Under the pieces are notes generated by a model, which had not been told where the DNA came from, searched no databases, and worked only from the letters and a program-made list of their open reading frames with translations. This document shows positions 38,650 to 50,352 of a DNA stretch of 64,000 nt, one piece after another; positions within the stretch are counted from its first letter, which is position 1, and each line of letters begins with the position of its first letter. Where the stretch lies: the NCBI RefSeq assembly GCF_009834535.1, contig NC_045696.1, positions 116,314,001-116,378,000 of the forward strand, written 5' to 3'. The position numbers and the translations under genes were made by a program. The DNA comes from Camelus ferus. Lineage: Eukaryota.

Positions 38650-39724
38650 CAGAAGAAAATTATCTTAACTTGAAAATAAACATTATACTGAACAGAGACA
38701 AGAAACTGTTCCTGTTAAAGTTACCAAAACAAGGAAGCCCTGAATACGCCCAGAGTTCAACACTGTACTATCAGTACACAAAAACCATGAAAATTGGCAG
38801 GCAATGCTTAGAGATTATCAAAACTAAAAAAAAAAAAAAAACAATAAATTGGCTGGATATAAGATCAACATACAACACACAGATTTTATATCAGAAATAA
38901 CCACTTGGAAAATGTAATAGGAAAAAAATCTTAATAGCAAGAGCCATCAAATACTTAGGAATAAATCTTCAAGATGAGTAAGACCCATAAACAGAAAACT
39001 ACAACTGTCTACTGAAGACCAATAAATGAAGAAATATGCATTATTCTTGGAATATTCAATATTGCAAAACTATCAATTCTCAAGGAAGACTCAATATTGT
39101 AAAAATATCAATTCTCTTCCAATTAATCTATGAATTTTGTTAAGTCAGATCAGTTGAGAGAATATACACTTACAATGCATTTATCAAAGTATTAAGATCC
39201 AGAACATAAAAAGATCATCTACAGAACAATAAAAAGGTTTGACAGAAAGAAAACAGCAAACCTAAGTGAAAGAAAAATATATGTTAATAGCAAATAAACC
39301 TATACAAAGTGGTCAGCATAGCTGGTAATGGAGAAATGAAAAATTAAAAGCCCTGTGAGATATTTCCTCACAGTAATTATGATGGCAAAAAATAAAAATA
39401 AAAGGTTGACATTGTTAATATCTAAAGTAACCAGGATGTGAGGAAACATGCATGCAACTGGTACACACGTATGGGAGGGGACACTGGTGCAGCCTTTCAG
39501 AAGACAAGTTGAAATGTTCCTGCCCTTTGGCCCGAATGCACTACTGGGAAACTCTCTTACAGAAATAATTCACATGTGCTCAATGACATTTGTCTGCTGT
39601 TTATTAAAGCAAAATATAAATATATATGTCATCTTATATACAGCAAATACATACATAGGTCATCTAACATTTGATCCACAAGAGAAGAAACTTATTAAAT
39701 TATATAGATTGTTACAGGCTAACT

Positions 39725-40217
39725 TACAATAGCCAAGATATGGAAGCAACCTAAGTGCCTGTCAACAGATAAACGGATAAAGATGTGGTATATAAGGACA
39801 ATGGAATATCACTCAGCCATAAAAAATGAAATTTTGCCATTTGCAGCAACATGAATGGATTATTATGCTAAGTCAAATAAGTCAAGCAGAGAAAGACAAA
39901 GTACTGTATGGTATCACTTACATGTGGAATCTAAAAAAGAATGACAAACTAGTGAATATAATAAAAAGCAGCAGACTCACGGATTTAGAGAACAAACTAG
40001 TGGTTACCAGCAGGGAGCGGCAACAGAGGGGTAGGGGATTAAGAGATACAAACTATTAGGTATAAAATAAGCTACAAGGATGTATTGTGCAAGCAATACA
40101 GGCAATATTTTACAATAACTATAAACAGAGTATAACCGTGAAAAATTGTGAATCACTATATTGTACACCTGTAACTTACATAACACTGTACATCAATTAC
40201 ACTTCAATTAAAAAAAA
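39725..40217 (+). mobile_element. L1 3' end
   Basis: ORF2 tail, 3' UTR, A tail. Confidence 0.82.
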
Positions 40218-40232
40218 GAGGTTTTTTTCACT

Positions 40233-40450
40233 CTTTTTTTTTTAATTGAAGTACAGTCTGTTACAATGCGTCCATTTCTGGTGTACAGCACAATGTCCCA
40301 GTCGTGCAGATACATACATATATTTGTTTCCATATTCTTTTTCATTATAAGTTGCAAGATATTTACTATAGTTCCCTGTGCTATACAAAAGAAACCTGGG
40401 GTTTTTAAAATCTATTTTATATATAGTAGTTAGTATTTTGCAAATCTCAA
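40233..40450 (-). mobile_element. L1 3' UTR fragment, tail-to-tail with the previous L1
   Basis: T run then reverse-complement L1 3' UTR. Confidence 0.8.
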
Positions 40451-41637
40451 CTATCTGTGCTGACACAGAAACTCTCTAGGTCCTGGTGAATAGAAGAAAA
40501 GGCAAACCATAGAATAATACCTAGCATCATTGAATGTATTTTTTTTAAATAAATGAATAATCAATTTAAATATACATGAATGTGGGTGTACAGAGGAACA
40601 AGATAGATATACATTTATGGGAGGGCGGTGCAAAAGTTGGGGAAGGGAAGGGACATTCACTCTGAACTTTGTTTTCCTCTCTGGTACTCATATTCATGGG
40701 TTGCTTGCTAATTCTCTCTAATGCTGATTCCTCACTGGGGAAAACAGAGTTCCAGAGAAATTCCAACGACAGTAACAGAGGCTCAGCACGCATCAGCTGG
40801 GGGAGGGAGGGTGGAAACCACATCCTTATCACAAACCACACTTAAGAACTCAAGGAGCCAAAACTGGTCCCCTGTGGGGCTGCTTATAAACCAGCCTCCT
40901 CCCCTCACCGAAGTCCAAGCCAAAAAAGAACAAGCCTGCAATTCTTGGAGAAGACAATACTGATTTTGAGAGATATAAATCCTGCCTCCATTATCACAAC
41001 GGGCTTAGAGCAATTGGCCGAAAGAAAAATTTATGCCTCTTCTTGTCTTAACATGGGAGCATAATGCCGTGTTCCCAGGGGGCTGAGAGATGGATGGGTC
41101 ACAAATCTCCCGGCAGGGAGATGAGTAATAACAGTCCCTTATGCCCCCTGCTCAATAAAAAATGCTGTGTCCCAAATATTAGCCACACGTATTTAAGCCA
41201 CTTGTGACAGAAACGCTTAATAAACTGTACACCGATAAACCCTGATGCTTAAAAATGGAACTGAGCACAGGACTTTTCTTTCGAAACTGGCTAACTCTGC
41301 CTCTCCCACTGAGTCCTGGGAACCCAGGAGCTTCTACAAAGTAGGCTTGTATTTCTTTTGTTCAGAACTGACCGAGACTTCTTCCAAATAAACAGAAAAT
41401 TCCATGGAAACTAAGAGGAGGATGAAGGGAGGGAGAGAAGAAAGGGGAGAGGGTGAAAACAGAAGGTGAAGCGCTGAAGCCCGCCGCACAGCGCCCCGGC
41501 TGCGCGGGCCAGGACGCGGAGGTCAGCCGCGGGGGCTGCCCAGCCCTTCGGCGGGTCCAGGCTGAGATGCGCCATAAGTGTGCTGAATTTCAAAGACTTA
41601 GTGCCAAGGGGAAAAACAGGTTAAAATATCTCATTAA

Positions 41638-42060
41638 CTGATGGATCTGGAGATGATCATATTAAGTGAAGTCAGTCAGACAAAAAAGACAAATATCAAA
41701 TGGTATCACTTTTATGTGGAATCCAAAAAAAAAAAAAGGATATAAATGATCTTATTTACAAACCAGAAACAGACTCACAGACACAGAAAACAAACTATGG
41801 CTACCAAAGGGCAAAGAGGTGGGGGGGAGAGATAAATTGGGAGTTTGGGATTAGCAGATACTAAATACTTCAGTAGGGGGTAGGGTAGAGCTCAGTGGTA
41901 GAGCGTGTGCTTAGCATACATGGGGTCCTGGGTTCAATCCCCAGTGCCTCCATTAAAGTAAAGAAATTAAAAAAAAAAACTAATTATAAAAAAACTACAC
42001 TTCAATAAAAAAGACAATCATAAAAAAATTTATTGCTAGAAAAAGCTAACCATCAAAAAA
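41638..42060 (+). mobile_element. L1 3' end inserted in MER33, SINE-interrupted
   Basis: L1 motifs, flanking TATCTCATTAA duplicated. Confidence 0.82.
41876..41980 (+). mobile_element. tRNA-Ala-derived SINE inside an L1 3' end
   Basis: Head and A tail interrupting L1 3' UTR. Confidence 0.85.
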
Positions 42061-42191
42061 TATGTATGTATCTCATTAAGAATTATTTTATATCGATTAC
42101 ATGCTATAATCATATTTTAGGATATGAGGTTAACTAGAACATTTAAACTGAAGAAATTTAGCTGTTGGTCTTTCTCATTTTGTTTAGTGTA

Positions 42192-42639
42192 GCGCGGTGG
42201 GCTGAGCAGTGTCCCCCAAAGTTTATGCCCATCTGGAACGTCACAGTGGGGCCTTATTTGGAAACAGCTCTGACTACTTCAGGATCTTGAAATGAAATTA
42301 TCCTGGTTTAGCCTGGGCCCTAAAACCAGTAACAGGTATTTCTGTAAGAGAAAGGAGAGAGGGAATGTGGAGTGACAGACACACGGAAGATGACACAGGG
42401 AGACGTATGCGGAGATACGGAGCATCAACAAGACCAGGGGCGCCAAGGATGCCAGGAGCCACCGGATGCTACGAAGAGGCAAGGAAGGATTCTTTACAGA
42501 GCCTTCAGAGGGAGCATGGCTCTGCTGACACCTTGATTTCAGATCTCTGGCCTCCAAAACAGAACTAAAGGAACTTCCTGTCACTGGACCCACCCTGTGT
42601 GTGACCATTTGTTCACAGCATCCCCAGGAAGTTTACACA
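42192..42639 (+). mobile_element. Solo MaLR LTR, MLT1-like
   Basis: GAGGCAAGGAAGGATTCT...GAGCCTTCAGAGGGAGCATGGCTCTGCTGACACCTTGATTTCAGA, ends in ACA. Confidence 0.85.
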
Positions 42640-43412
42640 TGTGGCTATTAGGAAATGGAAGTCACATGTGGGGGTTCACATTCTATTTCTGTTGGACATT
42701 GCTGCCCTAGACTTTGAAGGGAATCCACCCCTAACACCCACGACTTCACTGTGGACCCTAACAGCTTAGGCACAGAACAGTCCCAATATTTCTTAAGTGG
42801 TTCTAACTGATTAAAGCAATACCCCATTGAAAGATCTGGAAGCCTCCTGACTTTTGCTCACTTGTTTCAGGACTTTTCATTCTGGTAGAATATGACAAGT
42901 GCTTCCTACGTGTGTACAAATATCGGGGGATACTTGGAAACTTAAGTGCACAACATTTTTAATATGCATGGGACGTACTGCCCGATTCACTAAATAGGAC
43001 ACATTGAGTCCTTTCAAAAAACCCTCGAATGCTAGCCTCGATGGCCAGCAAAGCATTTTCTGGCAAGTGTCCCGAGCTGCCACTCCCCCCACCCCCCGCC
43101 CTCTGCCTGGGCCTTCCAGATGTTCAGGCCCAGTTACTGCTCTTTGAGATAAGAGGTCTCCTTTCCAGACACCTTGCCCATGTCTCTCCTTAGTTAGACA
43201 AGACGGCTGCTAGCTCAGGGAAATCCCAAGGGGGCTGGCTTGCAGCCTCAACAAAGTATCAGCTAAAGGACAACCTCTTAGGGAGCTCGCTGCCAGGCCA
43301 ATTACCACAGCAGCCGGCCCCCTAGGGCAGGGTGAGGTCACCTCGCGGGAGCCCACAGAGAAAAGGCCACCTTCTGGTTTCAACAGGCCTGGGATAAAAA
43401 TAGTTTTGTCCC

Positions 43413-43478
43413 TCCCCAGCCCTTCCTCCAAAAATAAATAAACCTAATTACCTCCTCCCTAAAATTAAAAAAAAAAAA
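43413..43478 (+). mobile_element. SINE 3' tail only
   Basis: AAACCTAATTACCTCC plus poly(A), TSD AAAAATAGTTTTG[T/C]CCC. Confidence 0.75.
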
Positions 43479-44154
43479 AATAGTTTTGCCCCAATAGGAT
43501 CCAGGGTAAGAGGTCAAGAGAACACATCAGATTTTGTGAGAGTCCACAGAAGCCGGGATGGAGGATGAGAAGGAAGCAAAACTGGATCAACAAGGGATGG
43601 TGACCCACCTGACAGGCAGCCTGGGGAGCAGGGTGCCCCCAGGTCGCACGGTGTTGACAAGTGAGATGGGTGTGAAGATATCTGGGTGACATTCAGTGGA
43701 GCAGGAGACAGACAGCCAAGCTGTCCAGCAGGATTCGGTCGGGCTTAAAATGCTGGAAAGTCACATTGGCTGGAAAACTTAAATCAGTGACAGGGATGCC
43801 CCAGGGACAAAAAAACAAACAAACAAACAAAAAAACAACCCTGATGGGAAATGTATGGAGTAAAACTGTGAATCCAACACTCGTTAACCATCAAAAACAA
43901 AAAAGGCGCTTGTATACATGTTCCAAGCTCCCCCTGTATGCGAAAGGGATTACGCCCATTATTCAGCACAGAAAACTGAGGCTCCCAGACGTTCAGACAT
44001 TTGCCTGAGCTTATTCCGTCTACCTGCAGGCAGCACTGAGTGTGTTCAGGCAGGTAGCTGGTCCTGTGGCTGTGGAGGAGGGGGCTCACTCCTGTTTTAC
44101 CACCTCTCTGTTCCAGGCCGGACAAAGGCAGAATGTTTAAAGGTCAGGATCTAA

Positions 44155-45550
44155 CACCGTAATGAGATATAACTTCACACCCACGCAGATGGCGGTAATC
44201 AAAAGGGCAGATAATAAACACTGCCAAGGATATGAAGAAATAGGAATCTGCACATATCCTTGGAGGGGACTGTAAAACAGTGCACTCACTTTGGAAAATG
44301 GCTTGGCAGTTTCTTAAGAAGTTAAATAGAGACCAAGAGACAATCTAAAAATAAAGCCTCACGTATATGGTCTAGTGATTCTCAACAGGGGTGCCAAGAC
44401 CATCCCGTGGGAAAAGGCAGTCTTCCGACAAACAATGCTAGAAAAACTGGATGTTCACATGCAGCTGAATGAAACTGTTGGAGCCTTACCTCATACCATA
44501 CAGAAAAACTGACTTCGACTGGATCAAAGACCTAAACATAAAACCTGAAACTACGAAACTCTGAGAAGAAAACGTAGGGGGAAACTTCACGGCGTTCGAT
44601 TTGGCAATGATTTCCTGGGTAGAACACCAAAAGCGTAGGCAACCACAACAAAAAATGCATAAAGTGGACTTCAGCAATATTTAAAACTTCTGTGCGTCAA
44701 CAAACACAATCAACAGAGTGGAAAGTAGCCAAATCTTAGAGACAGAAAGAAGAACAGAGGTTTGGCAGTGGCTGAGTGCACGGAGGAACGCAGGCGTTGT
44801 CATCCAGTGCGTGGTGTAGAGCTTCAGTTTTGCAGAATGAAAAGAGGACCGCAGACCACGGTGATGGCTGCACGAAACATGAATTTCTCAGTGTCTCTGA
44901 CCTGCACACTGAAAGATGGTTAAGATAATACATTTCATGTGATGCGTATTCTACCACTCAAAACAATAATAATTTTTTTTCAAAGTTAAGCGTCAGTTTA
45001 CCACCTGACCCAACAAACCCACTCCCAGGCATCTACCTGACAGAAATGAAAACATAAATCTCACAAAGACTTGCACGCACATATCCACCAGTAACATTAT
45101 TCATAGTAGCCAAAAAGTGGAAGGAACCCAAAAGGCCATCAACTGGTGAATTCATAAACAAAATGGGGCATTTCCATAGATTGGAATATTATTCGGCAGC
45201 AAAAAAAAAAGAACGAAATGCTGATACAAGCTACCAAGTGGATGAACCTCAAAATCATTAAGCGTAAGAAGCTAGTCATAAAAGACCACATATTGCATAA
45301 TCTCTTTATAAAAATGTCCAGAAAAGGCAAGTTCATAGACGTAGAAAGTAGATTCGTGGTCTGGGGCAGGGGGTGAAACAGGGTTGAGTACAAACAGACA
45401 TGAGGACCCTTTTGGGGTGATGAAAAGCCTCCTAAAATTGGGTTCTTGGTGATGACCGTACAACTCAGCTTCCTAAAAATCACTGAATCGCACACTTACA
45501 ACCAGAGGAATTTACAGCACGCACATTACAGCTCAATAAAATTGTTTCTG
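44155..45550 (+). mobile_element. Nested old L1 (L1MB-like) fragments
   Basis: ORF2 C-terminal and 3' UTR pieces with an inner L1 at ~44330-44980. Confidence 0.75.
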
Positions 45551-46034
45551 AAAAGGGCAAGACCTTGCCAGCAAATTATCACTTCAAATAGGGAACTTCT
45601 GCGAAGTCTCCCCACAGCACGTGCCAGAATGGAGGCTTATTTTCTCAAGTACAAATTAAAGAGGCTTAATAAGCTATATCACAACTAATGGAAGACTAGC
45701 ACGTGGGTGTCGCCATCTCTGCCCCTTCTGACCCAAGAAAGCGACAGAAGTGGCAGCACCTGGGTGGCCGCACCCCCACTGTCAGGAATCTGTCCCAGCA
45801 AAGGGGAAACAGCAAGTGACAGAACTAAGTCGGTCATTAAGTGGGTCGCCCTGTTTTTAAAATTAGTGGAGAGCTTGAAACAATTAAAACTTGCTAATAA
45901 TAAAGCCGTGCTGCTGGTGCTCCTTTCGGGGAACCTCACTCACACCTTGACCTGCTCACACGCAGCTGCCTGGCTGGCTCCCAAATCCACTCAAGCCTAA
46001 TCGGAATCAAAAATGGGTTTTTTTGGCAGGTGAG

Positions 46035-46180
46035 GAGGGGAGGGCATAGCTCAGTGGGAGAGCGCCTGCTTAGCACACACAAGGTTCCATCCCCAGTACC
46101 TCCATTAAATAAATAAATAAAAATAAACCTAATTACCTCCCCCTAAAAACAATGAAAAATGAAAATAAATTTTTAAAAAA
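46035..46180 (+). mobile_element. tRNA-Ala-derived SINE with internal deletion
   Basis: Head, tail motif, A-rich tail. Confidence 0.82.
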
Positions 46181-46534
46181 GAAAATGGATTTTTGTAGTG
46201 AATCTAGTCCCCCTCTCTGATTGAATTCTAGTATAGAATCCAAGATGCAGCCTCGGGGTGGATGAAAATTTTCTGGAAATGATTACCGGGGAGGGAGGAG
46301 TGAAACAGGGGGTGGAGGGGATAGGAGTGAGAGCTTATTTGCTACCACTGTGGGCTGTCTGAATTTGGCTCTTAACTGCATGCCTGTGTCACTCTGGAAA
46401 AAAAAAATTCTTTTAATCCTATTTTCAAACAGCAGCCACACCTGGAGTCCTGCTGTTTTGAGCCGTGGTCCTTATAAATTTCCTCTCTGACAGTGAACCC
46501 TTTGGAAGCAGTCTGGGTAAAGCTCCCAGGAACC

Positions 46535-46660
46535 AGAGCAGCGCTGCTCCAACTTTAACCTGCTCCCGAACGACCGAGGAAAGCCTGTTAAAGTGCAGAT
46601 TCAGAATCAGTGGGTCCGGGGTGGGGCCTGAGAGTCTGCATTTCTAACAAGTCCCCAGGT
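46535..46660. mobile_element. MER5A-like fragment
   Basis: TGCAGATTC...GGGGTGGGGCCTGAGAGTCTGCATTTCTAACAAG. Confidence 0.7.
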
Positions 46661-49027
46661 GAGGACCTCACTCAGAGCCGCAACGATCTGAAGGAAAAAA
46701 ATAATCCTTTCTGGGACATGAACCATTTTGCTCTCTTCACCGTGTGGCCATCCTCCTGGCTCCACAGGTGCCCACGGAAGGCCAGCGGACACCATGGGGC
46801 TCTGACCGGACACTGGGAGTTTTGAACTGGGGAATTTTGGGCACCAGTGAAACGAATTAAGTGGGAGTGGGGATTCCTCCCTCAGGAGACCAAATCCTCC
46901 TGGAGCCAAGAGGGAAACTGGGTTGGAAGCGGAGAATGGATAACCGGTGAGGTAATTCAGTAGCAGGAGCAGCTCTGAAGACCTTAATTAAGAGTGCCAT
47001 TTTGGTGGGGAAAGCCACAAGGAACCACAAAATCAAATGCTGAAGAGAGTGTCGAGGGTGCAGGGGAACAGAAATCACGCCATGAGGGGCGACCCAGAGC
47101 GAGACAACCAGGTGCAAACACCCGGTTCAAACAAGGCTCTCCCGGGCCCTCCAGGACTCGCCCCAACACCACACCAACAGAAAGCCCTGGGCAGGAGGCA
47201 CCCGGGTCTGCAAGACGTCCCCGGGCCTGAGCTGGGTTTGAATAAGGAACTGTGCTCTTCACGCTTAATAATCAGGTTTGGCTGACCCCAAGGCCCAGGT
47301 CCCTCAGGCATTACCTCAGAAGGTGCCAGAATGACTCCAGCACCACCAAATGACCCAGGGCTGGGCCAGACCCGTCATTACGTCTGAGTCACCTCTCCAG
47401 GCCCAAACCCAAACATGCATCACCCCTGGAAGGGCCTCGAGAGGTCCTGAGAGACGCCAGAGGCAAGAAACTGGTGCCCAGAACCCTGGAGCCCTGACAA
47501 TTCCTGGAATTTTTTCATACACCTCCCCACCTCCCCAAACTGGTGAACTTGCCAAAGCCTCGGCCCAGCCTCCAGCACAGCAGAGATTCCTCACGCTGGC
47601 TGGCTGGCCCCCAGCAGCCAGGCCACCCGGTGACGACGGAATCTCTCACTCCTCCGCCTGCCGTCTTGGCCCCACCAGGATGAGCAAAATAAGCCGCTTC
47701 CTCGGAAGCTCCCGGTCTCAGTCATTATCTGGGCTGATGACACCCAGATCCAAGGAACAAGCCCCACCTGCAGAGCAGAAGGTCCAGCCCACGTTTCCAA
47801 GTGTCTGCACCGGGCATCTCAGCCCGGGAGGTTTCACATTAAGGTGAACACCCCCTCTCAACTGCCCTGTTCGTCACCTCGGCGCTAGTTAGCCGTCCCC
47901 CAGCTCCCGAACGCAATCCATCCATCTGCCTTTGAAGCCCTCACCCGAGGCCATGTGATTCTCCTTGCGAAGTCTCTCCCAGATTCATACCTTCTGCTCT
48001 CCCACTGCCCAGGCCCTCGGCCAGGCCCTTAATAGCCAGTTAGAAGCCCACCCCTTTGATACATTCCCACCCCCACCCTCCATGTAACACCCACCGCACA
48101 CAGGGCTGGACCCTGAACTGCCGCTTAACACCGTCAAACATTTCTGCCGGCTACTTTCTGAGGCAGTGTTCGCCTGCATCGCCCTGTTTCCCCACCCGAT
48201 AACCCAGAGGACCCGTGATTCAGCGCTCAGGGAAGGGCTGTGGCTTGTCCGAATTCACCCAGCTGCCAAGGAGCAAGCACTCAAGCCCAAAACCTAACAC
48301 TCCTCGCTCCGAGACACCGCGTGTCTCCTCCTTCCTGAAGCGCAGAGACTCGCTGTCAGTAAGTGGGATTCAGTTCCAAGTTTTCGACCCGAAGTTCAAG
48401 ACCTTCTACAACTGTTTTCTTCTTTACCCAGTGGATCGATTCCACTTCCTGCTATGATCATTTCCTCGTTTTTCCTTCTTCTTCAGTTTGGCTGGTCTCT
48501 TTCTTAAGACCAACGATGATGGCTTAGCACAGCTTTTAAGTGTAATGGTTGCTACCATTTACCGAGCATGTAGAATGTTCCAGATTCCCTACCCAACTGC
48601 TAAATGGATTATCTCACTTTATCATCAAGACAGCACCTGACCACTAAGAGACGTACCTAATTTAACACATCTGTAAAAGAACTTGGGATTCCCACCCACC
48701 CCAGTGTGCTCCTCCCTGGGTCTCGCCCCTCCTGGTAAATGGAATGACCATCCTTTCAGCTGCTCAGGCCAGCAACCCAGACATTACGTTCACGTGTGTC
48801 TTTTGTTCACATGCCGGAATCACCAACTCAGCAATAAAATCAAATCCCGCTGCCTCTGCACTCGTCATACTCTCTCCTCCTCACCCCCTCCCCTGACACA
48901 CCCTCCTCCAAGCCACCATCCGCTCGTATCTACACGGCAATCACTTCAGCTGGTCCTTTTCTTGTCCACTTTATTCCTCTCAGAGCAGCCAGAAGGGGTG
49001 CTTGAAAATACAGGTCTTCTCTGAATC

Positions 49028-49905
49028 GACTGGAAACAGCCCAGGTACCCATCAACAAGTAGACAGGTAAACAAAATGTGGTTCAGCCATACAGCAGAGT
49101 ATTTCTCGGTAATAAAAAGAAATAAACTTCTGATGCATGCAACGCCGTGGATGGATCCCAAAATTACCAAGATGAGTGAAAAAAGAACAGTGTGCACAGA
49201 CATAGGAAACAAACTTGTGGTTACCAAAGGGAAGAAGGTTGGGGTTTGCGGATACACACTACTATATATAAAATAGATAAACAACAAGGTCCTACCATAC
49301 AGTACAGGGAACTGTATTCAATACTTTGTAATAACCTATAATGAAAAGGAATACATAAATATATATACACACACTCGTATAAATGAATCACTACGCTGTG
49401 CACCAGAAATTAACACAACAGTGTAAATCAACTACACTTCAGTAAAAAAAAAAAAGTGGATTAAAAAAAGTGGAGAGGGAAGGGGGAGGGGCAAACTAGG
49501 GGTATGGGATTAACAGATACAAACTACATGTATAAAGTAGATAAGTAACAAGGATTCACAGTATAGTGCAGGGAATTATAGGCATTATCTTGTAATAACG
49601 TACAATGGAATATAGTCTGCAAAAATACTAAATCACTATGCTGTACCCCTGAAACTAATACTGTAAATCAACTATACTTCAATTTTTAAAAAAATAAATT
49701 AAAAAGTTACAAATAAAAAAAAAAAAAACAGAAGCATGCAGACTGTGTGTCATTTATAAGAAACTCTAGAACATCAAAACTAACCCGTGGTGACATAAAG
49801 TAGAACCGTGGTTGCCTCGTGGGGCGGGGGTGGGGGGGACGGCAGGGCGGATTTGAATGGCAAGGAGCAGGAGGGAAGTTTCTAGGGTGACGAAAATGTT
49901 CTGGG
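49028..49905 (+). mobile_element. Old L1 3' end containing two tandem younger L1 3' UTRs
   Basis: L1 3' UTR motif set occurs twice (~49200-49455, ~49470-49728). Confidence 0.75.
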
Positions 49906-50059
49906 TCCTGATGGGCATTTGTTTGAACTGCCCAGAAGTGGAGACGGGATCACTTCACCTAGCCCCATCTACCTCTCCTACCTCACCTACACTCACTCGT
50001 CTCCCACCCTCACCATCTAGCCACCGGGGCCACCAGGTGGCCCTTTCTGGACCCAGAGT

Positions 50060-50352
50060 CTTTGCCCTTCTCCCCCCGGCTCCCCACTCACAGCTGGCCT
50101 CCTGTCGTGACGCTCGCCCAGGACGCCTCCCCTCTGCAGAGACCCTCTCAGGCTGCACCTGAAGGAGATCCCCAGGCACCCCCTCCTTGGTGGCTTTGTC
50201 CTCATCCTCTGTGCGTGTGGCACCTACCACTTTCTGCTGTCTGCTTCTGCTACCGGGAAGCAAGCTCTACCAGGGCGAGGGCCCATCTGTCACTGTGTCC
50301 CCAGATCTAAGTCAACGCTTGGCACGTGCAGGAACAATTTGTTGAATGAATA
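50060..50352 (+). mobile_element. L2 3' end
   Basis: Ends TTGTTGAATGAAT. Confidence 0.6.

Larger units (their letters stand above)
36320..39420 (+). mobile_element. Ancient degraded L1 ORF2 hosting nested insertions
   Basis: A-rich L1-like blocks (CCCAGGTCCAGATGGTTT, GATGCCCAAAAAAAC, AAATACTTAGGAATAAATCT). Confidence 0.7.
41555..42705 (-). mobile_element. MER33-like, fragmented by L1, SINE and MLT1
   Basis: Pieces at ~41555-41637, ~42065-42191, ~42640-42705 join into a MER33 reverse complement. Confidence 0.7.
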
